Below, piece by piece: positions 51,567 through 62,306 of a stretch of DNA of 64,000 bases. A model generated the notes under the pieces. It had not been told where the DNA came from, did not search any database, and saw only the letters and a program-made list of their open reading frames with translations. A program made the translations under genes and the position numbers. Origin of the DNA: Setoptus koraiensis (lineage: Eukaryota > Animalia > Arthropoda); the NCBI GenBank assembly GCA_048013815.1, contig CM106585.1, forward strand, positions 11,656,001 through 11,720,000, in the 5' to 3' direction. How positions within the stretch are numbered: the first letter of the stretch is position 1; each line of letters opens with the position of its first letter.

Positions 51567-53774
51567 CTAAGAGAAGGAATCGTGGTCAGAGTATGAGTAA
51601 TGGACTCGTGTGGTTCGCGGACGTCTACTTTGCATAATTATTAGCACTAACAATATAAAACTGATGGCAAGCAGGCCAGCAGCGATTATTAGAAATATTG
51701 AGTCTTGCAATATTCGGCTAAATATAGTTCCCTGGTGATAATGAATCTTCGTTGGTTGATGCTCTTGGTCGGACTTCAATTCTATTAGACCGTAGTCTGT
51801 TGCATTGAGAAGCATGCCCATTGTCCAGCCTAAGTCGGCCTCGTTGTTAGTAATATTTTTCACTGAATGGGTAGTGGCATCGATTATTTTCGAAGAGGGC
51901 GACAGAGAAGTTTGAACATTCTGTTGTTTGATTGCATTACCGTTGGTTGGAGTTGCGGATGAAAATATTAAAAATTTCACCTGTGCCCAACTGGTTTGTG
52001 GATCAAACAGATAGTATTTAGTAATCAATTGTTCAATGTAAATCAATTCTAAACATTCTGTGTTCAGATAGGGTTTTGCTAGTTTTGGATAGCTGGCACT
52101 TAATAGTGTCGCATCTAGTTGACACAGTTTTTTGGTGGCCGCCACTAGATCTTGGTGTCGGACAGATTGGCCGCCCAATTGGGTCCGTACCAAATCATTG
52201 GATATTTGCTCTTGTTTAGAAGTATAGTCGACAGGCGACGGACTTAAATTGAGCACCTCTAATACTTTGTTGTAGCCGGATATGGCGACGAAGGGCACAT
52301 TTGGTGGCGGTTTCATCTGTAGTGATTGCTTGGGGCACAGGGCAAAGTATTTTTGGCACTGGCCACTGTCAATGAGTCTATCAAGTAGAGCAACACATTT
52401 GTCTTTGTCGCCCAAACCTCTAAAGGTAAAAGTTTTCTTGGTGACAGAATTAAAGAATCCCTCATACAGTTCATGCTCAACTCCATAATAATAGTCTCTT
52501 GCTTGTCTAGTTGTCACGTTGTTGTTACCATTGCTGCCCAAATGGTTGTTTGTTGGCGCCAATTTAGACCAGGGCGACAATGAACAGGGCGAAGAGAGTA
52601 AATGGGCAATATCTGTCAATTTAGTTAATGAGTTATTTTGTAGACACGGATGCGTGAGCGTCACGTCGGTGTTGTTTGTTGTGTCATTATGTAAATTTTC
52701 GCCTAGTCTAAACGCTCTTGTTGTTGTTGTTGTGTCATTGTTGCTATTGGTGCCATTTTGTTGCTGTTGCTGATGATTGGCCAATAATAAGCTATAATAA
52801 TAGTCTGTTATAAGTATTATCTGTGTTCTTATTGTGGTCTGCGTGAGTCCAATGCATAAATCACTTCTTGTTTTAATCTGATACGGCCTGTTAAACATGG
52901 TTCTCTTGAACACATATTGATCTTGATCCACATTGACACTCAGAGGCGCGCTGTCGGGCCTCAGAACCTCAAATGTCATCTGAGCCGACGATCCGCCAAG
53001 CTCTATGGTGCCAATAGTGGTGACCGTGTCGGGATGCTTTTGCTCACTTGAATTGCCATTGTAATTGTGATTGTAGGTCGTTAAACGTTTTGGCTTGTTT
53101 GCCAATGGCCTCTTGCCATCGTATGTCAGTCGCTTGCATAGATAATTAACCGATAGCCAAGCATACAGAGCCTCCTCTGGTCCACTGATGACATCCATGT
53201 AATCCTTGTTGAGAAAACGCTTAAAACCCATTCTATCAATAGATTCACTTGTCATGCGAATAATTGATTTTGCTCGCTCGTAATCCATTGTCTGAAGGGA
53301 TCTCATACCAGCGGTTGCCCCCAAATACAAATGAGTCTCTTTGTCAGCGCCATTGCTGTTGTTTGTCATTGTTGCTACCAATTGATTTGTTTCAATCATC
53401 TTGATGAATTTGCCTATGCAACCTTTCATTAGTTGTTGCGCGTCGTTTGTTGAATTTATTGATGTCAATGGGCCCCCATTGACACAATAGGACAATTGTT
53501 CTATGTGTAACACGTCTGACAATGGGGCGCCAAGGGCTGCACTGCTTGTGGTAACATTGTTGTTGGTGTCATGTGTCGTCGACGACAAACTATACAAAGC
53601 GGAACGGGTCTCGGTAGAGCCGGCGTCAATAACAATGCCGTAGTACTTAATTGGTCTTCCATTGTGATTGTTTGTCGTAGTGTGATAGATTAATATGAAT
53701 GCTATTGTCAAGCCCACGGCGGTTAGAAGTATCAACAGAGCGAACGATTGAATTGTCAATGATTTGTTGTTCAT
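51567..53774 (-). CDS. GDA1/CD39-family ectonucleoside triphosphate diphosphohydrolase (apyrase), TM at both ends
   Basis: ACR1 IVIDAGST, ACR2 LGATAGMR, ACR3 ISGPEEALYAWLSVNYL, ACR4 ELGGSSAQ, ACR5 GWTMGMLL. Intronless. Confidence 0.93.
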   Translation of the reverse strand: MNNKSLTIQSFALLILLTAVGLTIAFILIYHTTTNNHNGRPIKYYGIVIDAGSTETRSALYSLSSTTHDTNNNVTTSSAALGAPLSDVLHIEQLSYCVNGGPLTSINSTNDAQQLMKGCIGKFIKMIETNQLVATMTNNSNGADKETHLYLGATAGMRSLQTMDYERAKSIIRMTSESIDRMGFKRFLNKDYMDVISGPEEALYAWLSVNYLCKRLTYDGKRPLANKPKRLTTYNHNYNGNSSEQKHPDTVTTIGTIELGGSSAQMTFEVLRPDSAPLSVNVDQDQYVFKRTMFNRPYQIKTRSDLCIGLTQTTIRTQIILITDYYYSLLLANHQQQQQNGTNSNNDTTTTTRAFRLGENLHNDTTNNTDVTLTHPCLQNNSLTKLTDIAHLLSSPCSLSPWSKLAPTNNHLGSNGNNNVTTRQARDYYYGVEHELYEGFFNSVTKKTFTFRGLGDKDKCVALLDRLIDSGQCQKYFALCPKQSLQMKPPPNVPFVAISGYNKVLEVLNLSPSPVDYTSKQEQISNDLVRTQLGGQSVRHQDLVAATKKLCQLDATLLSASYPKLAKPYLNTECLELIYIEQLITKYYLFDPQTSWAQVKFLIFSSATPTNGNAIKQQNVQTSLSPSSKIIDATTHSVKNITNNEADLGWTMGMLLNATDYGLIELKSDQEHQPTKIHYHQGTIFSRILQDSIFLIIAAGLLAISFILLVLIIMQSRRPRTTRVHYSYSDHDSFS

Positions 53775-53850
53775 GTTGACGAATGGCGGTTGTGATGATA
53801 ATTAACTGGTTGCGATAAAAACAATTATGTCTACTCTACATTTAGTCTTG

Positions 53851-53881
<31 letters not shown>

Positions 53882-54153
53882 CGTTGCTTTGCCGTCTCTA
53901 TACAGATAGCTTTCTGTATATATAGTTTCTTACTAATCGCTTGAACATTGGCGAGAATTCTCGTTGTTGATAACTAAAATAGAGGCACGATACTTGCATG
54001 GATAATCAGTCTGCGAACGGAGAGCTTCATCTTCGATTTCGGCGGACGCTTTCTGTCGGTGTTGCTGCTGCGGCGGGAGCTGCCGAGCGAACGAAAAGTG
54101 CAAATGTTTCACGCTGCACGCGGTGAAAGTCGCCGGTTCCTTCCGGTTCGCCG

Positions 54154-54265
54154 TGGAATGTGGAAATGCTGGAATGTGGAAATGCTGGAATGTGGAAATG
54201 CTGGAATGTGGAAATGCTGGAATGTCGAGGTGCTGGAGTGTCGAGGAGCTGGAGTGTCGAGGTGC
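54154..54265. repeat. 7 x 16-bp minisatellite in two blocks
   Basis: 4 x TGGAATGTGGAAATGC followed by 3 x TGGARTGTCGAGGWGC. Confidence 0.95.
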
Positions 54266-55546
54266 TGGAATAGACTACGGTGAAGGCACCCGAAACGCGA
54301 CGGAAGCTGAAATGAGAATCATTTTCTCCGCACATGCGTATGCCTCGACAAATAGGTCTGCAACCCAATCTGGTTGGCTGTATTCAAAAGTGGCGCTTTC
54401 GGAGCGGTCTGGGTCCCAAAAATTCTGGTATTCTTCAGATATTTTTCTGTGTGTTTCATCTGACACGGTTCCTCTGTTCAATTGTGCCGGAACCAATGAC
54501 TTGTTTCTTCACTTTTGTCGATCATATTCATGCCAATGGTTTGTCTTATCTTGAGATAACTTAACTAGTGATTTAGTTGATGTATCGGAAATCTGATATG
54601 TAAAGATCATCGTGTTGGAGAAAATGTGTGTGTGTGTGTTATAAAATGTGAAAATAAATAAACTACGATCAGAACAAGAAAATAGAGCTAGAATTGGCAT
54701 CTAACTCTTGACATCGAGATATGAATTATCGCCTATGATCGCTGGTCTTGTAAGCTACGGATAGTGATTAGGACGAGAAAATTGTCGCTGACAAACAGCT
54801 ATCAACTTGTTGCAATCACTGTATTTGATGAAAACACTTGCTTTGCACGCATAACAATCCTATCGATTGAATTGATGAGACCACGATATTGCACCGTTAT
54901 CTATTGATTAGCATATCTTGCTACTCACCCTTCATTTGGATCGTAGGGAGGTTACGAACGTAGATCTTTATCTTCTTCTTCTTCTGGCTGCGTGATGATA
55001 TGCTTGTTCGTGTCATTCATACGGACAACATTTGTTGTTGAAACATTGTTGATCTTCGTGCACCAGATAACGACTCTAAAACGAGAATAAACTTGCTTTC
55101 GTCTCGGGCGCAAGTGCCAGACAAGTGCGCGAATCGATCGAGCCCACCGAAATAGCTACAAAACATGCCGATGAAAACAATAGCCAGTTTGAAGGCATTT
55201 ACGAGAGACTTGTTGAATACACTAGTCACTGCGCCACAAAACTCTAGTGGCAATTTTGAGAGTTTTATTCACAATTTGCGCTTTCACTCGCCAATGCACC
55301 TACATGTAATGTGTGTCCGCGATTCGAATCTACAGCAAACTGTCACTGGAACCAATTGTCACTCACAATACAATTCAATGCGAGCGATAACGACGAAGTC
55401 GACATGAACTTGACAATGAAATGTCAACCAAAGGTTGTCGTATCATATACAACTCGTAGGCATCGAGCCAAAAGAAATTTGTTTCTGTTCAAATCTGTCT
55501 GATCTGTTGTTTGTAAGCCGACGCAACCAATTCGAAACAGCAGATC

Positions 55547-56288
55547 ACACAATTCTTTTGTCAATGAATGACTATTGTTATACCTGTTGGCTTGCATAAT
55601 AATAATCCGGCGCCAATAAAAATGACGTACGGCTTGTCACTACGCAATGAATTTGATATGAGTTATTATTATATTTTGGAGAGCATTCAGCAGATGTAGT
55701 GAGAAACGAATTTGTATCGTCATCGTCATACAATAATATGGCGAAACATACAAACAACCTTTGCTATGTTTAGCTAATCGTAGACAAAACTGTCACGAAG
55801 GCAATTTTATTGTCGCGGGCATTATGTATAACAATATATCTCTCATGCGAACGTCCAACCATCCACTTCCCTCAAAGTGTCGAGCGTGGATGAACGGACA
55901 ATAACTGGATGAATGGAACTCAATATACATGTAACGAGAAACAGCATTTATCTAATAATTTAAATCAATGAGGTGACGGTTGTTCATACTCCATCCGAAT
56001 CTTTGGTATAAACCCATGTCTTCTAATAATCTCTTCCATCTCAGAAAAGAACAACTAATATCATTAAAACTTCGGATGTGCTCAAGATGTATTATACAGC
56101 CACACCGGAGACCCCCGCCCGTGGATATCTGGAAGGTTATCCGAGAAAACCAATCTCTCTCCCAATTATTCAGTATGAGCAGATTCATTGCGTAGTGACA
56201 AGCCGTACGTCATTTTTATTGGCGCCGGATTATTATTATGCAAGCCAACAGGTATAACAATAGTCATTCATTGACAAAAGAACTGTGT
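55547..56288. repeat. Long inverted repeat: 100-bp perfect arms 55553-55652 / 56183-56282 (109 bp with 2 mismatches), 530-bp spacer
   Basis: Base-by-base reverse-complement match. Confidence 0.95.
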
Positions 56289-59096
56289 TCAGAGAGATGA
56301 TCTGTAACGTATCACAAGTTTTACAATGAAGAATAGTGACACTCTCAATACTACTAAAATGATAACAAGTCCCCAAAATCTAGACGCCAGTTGACCTTCT
56401 CTGAGAGACATCTCGTAGAGTTGATATGGTCTCATGTCATCGCATGACTTTACGCTTATGCCATAGCTATTAGCGAGTGAGAATTGCTTTGCGAAAATCT
56501 CAAAAATGTCCTCCTTGTCGGTGTCGCCCGGAAGAGTTGTAATCTCTGGAGGTATCGTCGATGTCAAATTTGTTACAATTTCGTTCACTACACCCTGGGC
56601 GCTATTTGTGACCGTCAAGTTGTTTACTATAGAGCGACTTGTCACTAAGTTGCTAGTAGTTGAATTGTCTGGCTCATCTTCAAAGTCTTCATCAGAGCTG
56701 GCCATAGATTCAAGCCAGTATTGTGTATATGCTTTCAACTGTTGCGGAACACCGATTAACTTTGTGTCCCCATTCTCGAAACCTTTAGGATCGCAACTAC
56801 ACAAACCAAACCCATATCTTGCTAACATGCTAATTTCAATTGTGAGTCTGTAAAAAGATGCATAACTGAGCAGGTAAAGAAATTTTGACATCCTTTTGGT
56901 CCTGACACAGAATCCCGACAAAAATACAAATGGTAAGCAGGCCCCTTGTGCTACAAACATGGCTGTGTGTACGTTGCCTATAAATATTGTTGCAAAAATG
57001 AGTCCAATTGTTTGACCAATAAGAGATCCCAAAACCAGCGCTAATGCCATCACTACCAGTCTCCATTGATAAGGTGATGTCGGTTGATCAGTCAGCGGAT
57101 AGGCAATACATATGCTCAAGATTGGCATAGTTATCTCCAGAGGCAAATCTGCAAATGTTTTGCCGAGAAGGTAAGAGGTCATCGAATACCAGCCATTGTG
57201 AAATTCTTTCAATGAGCTCTGCATGCTCAGAGTAAAAGTTAGGGAAGTGAGTCCTATTGCGGCACTTGTCATTGCATATAGTAAACAAAATTGTAAAGCT
57301 CCATTCTCCAATGTCAGTACTAGCTGTTCCTGAAGTTCAGACACAGCATCAATGTCTTTGTTGTCCAAAAGATCATTTATGTGTATCTCAGCCAAGTGAC
57401 GCGGGCACGCATTGGCGCGACCCGGTTCAGATCCAAACATCAAGGCCATGGAAAGAGGGCAGAGTATGTGAAATACTATCCTCGCTATCAGTTGCATAGG
57501 GTCTCGGATTATTGATATCCAAGTTCGGTGAGTAAGAAGCCATGTTTTGGTCCAAAAGTTTCCCTTACTCATAGAAGCACCATGAAGAAGTCTCTCACTG
57601 ACTTGAAGTTTATATCTTGTCTTGCACGGGTTGTCTGTACTTGTCTTGATTGGCGAGGACATGTTACTATCCGGCTGAGACCAAGTAGGAGATCTATCCT
57701 GATCTGATTTTTTTCTGATATTGAAATAATTAGACATTCTATCCTTGCTAAACTTGGTTGTGATCTCCTCTAATTTGGCAGCTCTCGATCTGTCATCCAT
57801 CTGACGGTAGTTGGTTAAATTCAGGTTACCCTCTGGAATTGAATAGAATTCAACTTCCTCTTCCTCCTTGATATTGTTGAGAAGAGAGTTTCTGTGCTTT
57901 TCAAAAATACGCCGATTAAACTTTTCCAATTTCATGATGGGTTCCTGTCCATATTCTCCCGACGCGATCTCTATCATAAATGAAGCCGGGTTGTAATGGA
58001 TGTCAGGAATTTCAAGATCTGATTTGGCTTCAATGAATGCAACACTCTCTTGAGGCGTTCCATCATAGATGGCATAACCTCCCGTAGACATCATGTAAAT
58101 CTTGTCAAATAAATCAAAGACTTCCCTCTGTGGTTGATGAATAGTAACAATTATAGCTATGGGGTCAATCAGTCGCCTGGATGACATTTGCACTAAATCC
58201 CTAAGAACGCACATGGTTCGGTAACAAGTTAGAGAATCTAGACCAGAGGTTGGTTCATCCAAAATAAGTATGTCAGGCTTTGATAATAGTTCTTGCGCAA
58301 TGGACACTCGTTTATATTGACCGCCAGATATCTTCTTTGTTTTTGTGTTGAGGCAATCATATATGCCCAACAAGCTAGCAACGCGCTCAATATTCATGTC
58401 ATGATCAAAGTTGTTTTGTATATTCTTGAGTTTTGAAGCAAACATAAGATTCTCTCTTACAGTCAAATATTCAAGTAAATAGTCTTTTTGTGGTATGGTA
58501 CTGATAGTGAGTTTTCGTTGCTTCGAATTTGTAACTCCTATGTACCCCGAATATCCTGCACTAATCCTTCGTGACAAACAGTTCAATAAGGATGTTTTGC
58601 CTGCACCGCTGGGCCCCATCACTGCTGTTAGTTGGCCCGATTTAAACGAGCCATTGAGTCCTTTGAAAATGGTCTTCTGGACTTGATCATCAGTAAGAAT
58701 GTGGTTAGATTTTTCTCCCTCATTTTTGCGGAAAACGTTAGACACATTGGTTTTCAATTTTTGGAATAGATTTGACGCAGACAATTTCGGTTGTATTTGA
58801 TAACTAAGATTACACCAAAATACCTCGAAGTGCAACATCGTTGGATCATTGTTAGACTCATTGCACGAGTATATGGAAGTTGGGCTAGCTGTGGGACTAG
58901 TATCGATGGCCGTGTGAAACGAGTCTGCCCTCGATATACTGTCATCATTGCTATTAGTAGTGATACGAGACACTGCTTGTTTAGGGGTATTCTTATTGAT
59001 TGATGATGTCGTCGCCGGTGTATCTGGCAATTTAACAACCTGGTTCAATTCCATGGTGGTCGAGTCCGCTTTGAGCTGATGATTGTTCGAGGCCAT
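56289..59096 (-). CDS. ABCG (white-like) half transporter, NBD-TMD order, intronless
   Basis: Walker A GPSGAGKTS, signature ISGGQYKRVSIA, Walker B ILILDEPTSGLD, H-loop TIHQP and six TM segments. Confidence 0.95.
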   Translation of the reverse strand: MASNNHQLKADSTTMELNQVVKLPDTPATTSSINKNTPKQAVSRITTNSNDDSISRADSFHTAIDTSPTASPTSIYSCNESNNDPTMLHFEVFWCNLSYQIQPKLSASNLFQKLKTNVSNVFRKNEGEKSNHILTDDQVQKTIFKGLNGSFKSGQLTAVMGPSGAGKTSLLNCLSRRISAGYSGYIGVTNSKQRKLTISTIPQKDYLLEYLTVRENLMFASKLKNIQNNFDHDMNIERVASLLGIYDCLNTKTKKISGGQYKRVSIAQELLSKPDILILDEPTSGLDSLTCYRTMCVLRDLVQMSSRRLIDPIAIIVTIHQPQREVFDLFDKIYMMSTGGYAIYDGTPQESVAFIEAKSDLEIPDIHYNPASFMIEIASGEYGQEPIMKLEKFNRRIFEKHRNSLLNNIKEEEEVEFYSIPEGNLNLTNYRQMDDRSRAAKLEEITTKFSKDRMSNYFNIRKKSDQDRSPTWSQPDSNMSSPIKTSTDNPCKTRYKLQVSERLLHGASMSKGNFWTKTWLLTHRTWISIIRDPMQLIARIVFHILCPLSMALMFGSEPGRANACPRHLAEIHINDLLDNKDIDAVSELQEQLVLTLENGALQFCLLYAMTSAAIGLTSLTFTLSMQSSLKEFHNGWYSMTSYLLGKTFADLPLEITMPILSICIAYPLTDQPTSPYQWRLVVMALALVLGSLIGQTIGLIFATIFIGNVHTAMFVAQGACLPFVFLSGFCVRTKRMSKFLYLLSYASFYRLTIEISMLARYGFGLCSCDPKGFENGDTKLIGVPQQLKAYTQYWLESMASSDEDFEDEPDNSTTSNLVTSRSIVNNLTVTNSAQGVVNEIVTNLTSTIPPEITTLPGDTDKEDIFEIFAKQFSLANSYGISVKSCDDMRPYQLYEMSLREGQLASRFWGLVIILVVLRVSLFFIVKLVIRYRSSL

Positions 59097-60204
59097 TTTG
59101 TCACATGTTATTATAGCAATTGAGAAGGAATAAAAACCGATGGAGCCATTCTAGAGATTTGCGAGAAACCACTCTGAATCGTCGCCACAGACTAGATGAC
59201 TGCAAACAAGATATACTTGTGCCGTTTCACTACATTTCAATAGTTATGTTTTATGTTTGAATGCCACTGATCGTCATTATCAGATGCGTTGCACAAAAAT
59301 GAGAGTTGTTACCTTGGATAATCGTCGTCGTCGTTGCCGTCGCCAAGATCTCAAGCTCGTTTGTTGCCGTTGTTTGTGTGGAAGTGCGTGCCACTCATTC
59401 AGCCATGAATTGTTGTATTTATTATCGCTAGTTGTTATTAGATTGCTTGATCGAGGGGAGTCTCCTTCAGATTGACGGAGCCGGTTTCCATTCACTGTCG
59501 AGATTACCATTAATCATTTGTATAATGATTTTGGTGCTCGACTCTTTCGGTGATCTGATGGGCATAATTTATTTGACATTTGCTGTTAGTTAACATCCCA
59601 AATTCTATATTTAATGCTTATAGAGATGTCGGCAATGGATTAATAAGACTAGGGTAACATTTCGTCTGGCAGGCAAATAAAAACAATCAGTTTATGTAAT
59701 ACTATTATTGCGTCTACACAGCACAGATATCCCCGCATGAAGCGCCCGTATATAACCCCTTTTGTTTGCAATGCACCGGCGTGCTCGTGCACCATATGGG
59801 CGCACCAACTTGGATTTGAAAAAAAATGCGGCAAAATGTTAGAATTGATTCTCAAGTATTCCACAAAAGTCTCACAGTCGTTCCAAAAAGTTGGGGCACT
59901 TCGATATTTGTAGATATTCGCATTTTTGGTGCGAATATCTGAGTGCAGTGATATGTCAGTGGACGACTAAGACGAAGGCAAGAAAAAATTACAAATACAT
60001 GTAGACATAAGGAAAGCTATGGTGGTTAGTTGATGTTGTCTTTTTAATTGTCGCTCGACAGCTTGTTGGTGGCGCTGTAGCCCGTCGAGTCGGTGTACTT
60101 ATATATTAAATTACTCATGGTCTCCTAACAATGAGGATGAAATAAATTCGCAATAAAAAACAAACCGGAAATTGAGCAGGTGAATTGTCTTACTTGACAA
60201 CCGT

Positions 60205-61755
60205 CTAGTTGGAGATATTAGCATAATCTGATTTCTCTAAATTGCTTTTCATCTTTTGTCTGAGGAATGTTTCATAGCTTGGCGGTGGCTTATATGGAGG
60301 TAGTTCAACAGACAGTTTCCTATGGGACTGCGTTCGTTCTTGGCTTCCCAAAACAGAGTTTCTAGACAATTTAGTGTTCTCGTAAGTGTTGTCCTCTTGC
60401 TGGAGGTGGCGTTTAGAGAAATCCTGGTTGCAATATACAGGATCTTGACTACCAGTATCTGTGTAGATTTCGCTCTCTTGTAGTATTTGCTGAGGGTTCG
60501 AGTAAATCGGGGCCGATATAGTGGAGGAGAAAAGTCTGTTGGTTGATATGGCAGAAGATATCATAGGTTCGAATGCGGATGCATAGTGATGCTGATGAGG
60601 GTTCAGTTGATTTTGATAGTGCTGATGGTAATGATGCTGATGCATTTGTTGAGGATGCTGCTGGTTCAACTGGTGCTGATGGGCTGAGTGCTGGCTAAGC
60701 GAATGTTGCTGGTGATGATGAGTGGTTTGTTGTGGGAACTGTCTTTCCAAGTGACATTGTTCTTGACAGAGTTTTTCCTGGTGCATTCGATCCTGATAAA
60801 GTTGCTGTTGTTGTTGTTGTTGTTGCGAGGGCTGCTGTTGGAGAGGTTGTTGTTGAGAGGGTTGCTGCAATTTTAGGATCTGCTGTTGTTGTTGCTGCTG
60901 GAGCTGTTGCATGTGATTGGGATGCTGCTGCAATAGTTGTAAATGATGGGCATTCTTAGGGTTTTGATCAGGACTTTGGTACATTGGCTGCATTTGATGT
61001 TGTTGAAATTGTAGATGATGGTTGTGCTGATGTTGGTTGTGCTGCTGCTGTTGTTGATGTGGTGTTTGACTAATATCTGGTTGTAGGTGAGCGGGTGCTT
61101 GATTTTGTAGCTCGAGATGTTGATGCAGATATTGAGCTTGTTGTGGGTTCTGTGATGGTTGTTGCGGCGGCTGTATTTGCTTCAGTTGTTGTTGCTGTTG
61201 TGGTTGTTGTTGCGGTTGGTGTAGCGGTTTCGGTTGGTGTTGTGATTGTGGTTGGTGCTGTGATTGAGGTTGGTGCTGTGGTTGCGGTTGCTGTTGTGGT
61301 TGCTGTTGGTGTTGCATTTGCAGTTGGTGCTGTGGTTGTGGTTGGTGTTGTAACTGTGGTTGTGGTGGTAGCTGTAGTTGTGGTTGTAGTTGGTGTGGCA
61401 GTTGTGGTTGATTATGATTATACTGAAATGGATGGGCTTGTTGGTGAACAAATTGTTTACTGCTCTGCATAGGCTGAAACACGGGCGAAGATGTAAAATA
61501 ATGGATATTCGTCTTAGGTAGGTGATGATGATTGGCATTTCCAACGATGGGCGCCATAGTGTTGTCCAATTGATCAAACTCGTTCAACAGAGGACCGCCG
61601 GACACATTAAAATCGTGTAGGTGTTGAGGATATTGGAAGATACAACTGTGCATGTTTGATCGTGTTTGACCAAATTCTCCGGAATTTGAAAACTCGTATC
61701 GCTGACCTCTCTTCTTGTGCAGCCAATTTACCATTGATGTCTTGATAGAGGGCAT
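60205..61755 (-). CDS. Gln/His/Pro-rich disordered protein with C-terminal Tyr motifs
   Basis: 516-aa ATG-initiated ORF with non-repetitive termini; LPPY/PPPSY and four YxN motifs near the C-terminus. Confidence 0.7.
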   Translation of the reverse strand: MPSIKTSMVNWLHKKRGQRYEFSNSGEFGQTRSNMHSCIFQYPQHLHDFNVSGGPLLNEFDQLDNTMAPIVGNANHHHLPKTNIHYFTSSPVFQPMQSSKQFVHQQAHPFQYNHNQPQLPHQLQPQLQLPPQPQLQHQPQPQHQLQMQHQQQPQQQPQPQHQPQSQHQPQSQHQPKPLHQPQQQPQQQQQLKQIQPPQQPSQNPQQAQYLHQHLELQNQAPAHLQPDISQTPHQQQQQHNQHQHNHHLQFQQHQMQPMYQSPDQNPKNAHHLQLLQQHPNHMQQLQQQQQQQILKLQQPSQQQPLQQQPSQQQQQQQQLYQDRMHQEKLCQEQCHLERQFPQQTTHHHQQHSLSQHSAHQHQLNQQHPQQMHQHHYHQHYQNQLNPHQHHYASAFEPMISSAISTNRLFSSTISAPIYSNPQQILQESEIYTDTGSQDPVYCNQDFSKRHLQQEDNTYENTKLSRNSVLGSQERTQSHRKLSVELPPYKPPPSYETFLRQKMKSNLEKSDYANISN

Positions 61756-62180
61756 GATTGGTGGCGTTGACAGAGATTACTTGATGCTAAATTTAGAAAT
61801 ATATCTATTATCCTCAGGGTTATTGGAACAGTTGCGTGATTATTAAGGTGAGCACAATGAATGTAGTTGCGATTGGTTGTGTGAGTAGGTAACAACAGGT
61901 TAGGATGAACGCATTATCCTCCACAATGGTTGTCAGTATAAAATGTTGTAGGAAAATATTTCGGAGATCGCGTGATAATTTGATCAATTAGCAGAACATT
62001 CACACGCTCATTTTGAAACATGATTTTTAGTGACGTTGACACCACAATGCGCATCATATGTTTTCTCCATTAGCTATGAACTGTGCAAGATTTGTTGATT
62101 ACTCTGCGGACAACAATAACAACACGATAATAAACACCATGGATTGTCGTTGACATCCTATGACCTGCTACAATATTATA

Positions 62181-62290
62181 ATATTACAAACCAATAATAA
62201 TAATATCACAAACAAATAATAATAATATTACAAACCAATAATAATAATATTACAAACAAATAATAATAATATTACAAACTAATAATAATA
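62181..62290. repeat. 5 x 22-bp AT-rich tandem repeat (ATATTACAAACMAATAATAATA) ending 16 nt before the TAK1 ATG
   Basis: Units start at 62181, 62203, 62225, 62247 and 62269. Confidence 0.92.
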
Positions 62291-62306
62291 TAAATTTATT
62301 ACTAAC

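Noticed and set aside
54154-54270. Regular repeats here and elsewhere as a CRISPR array
   Set aside because: Units are contiguous with no unique spacers, there are no cas genes, and the context is eukaryotic.
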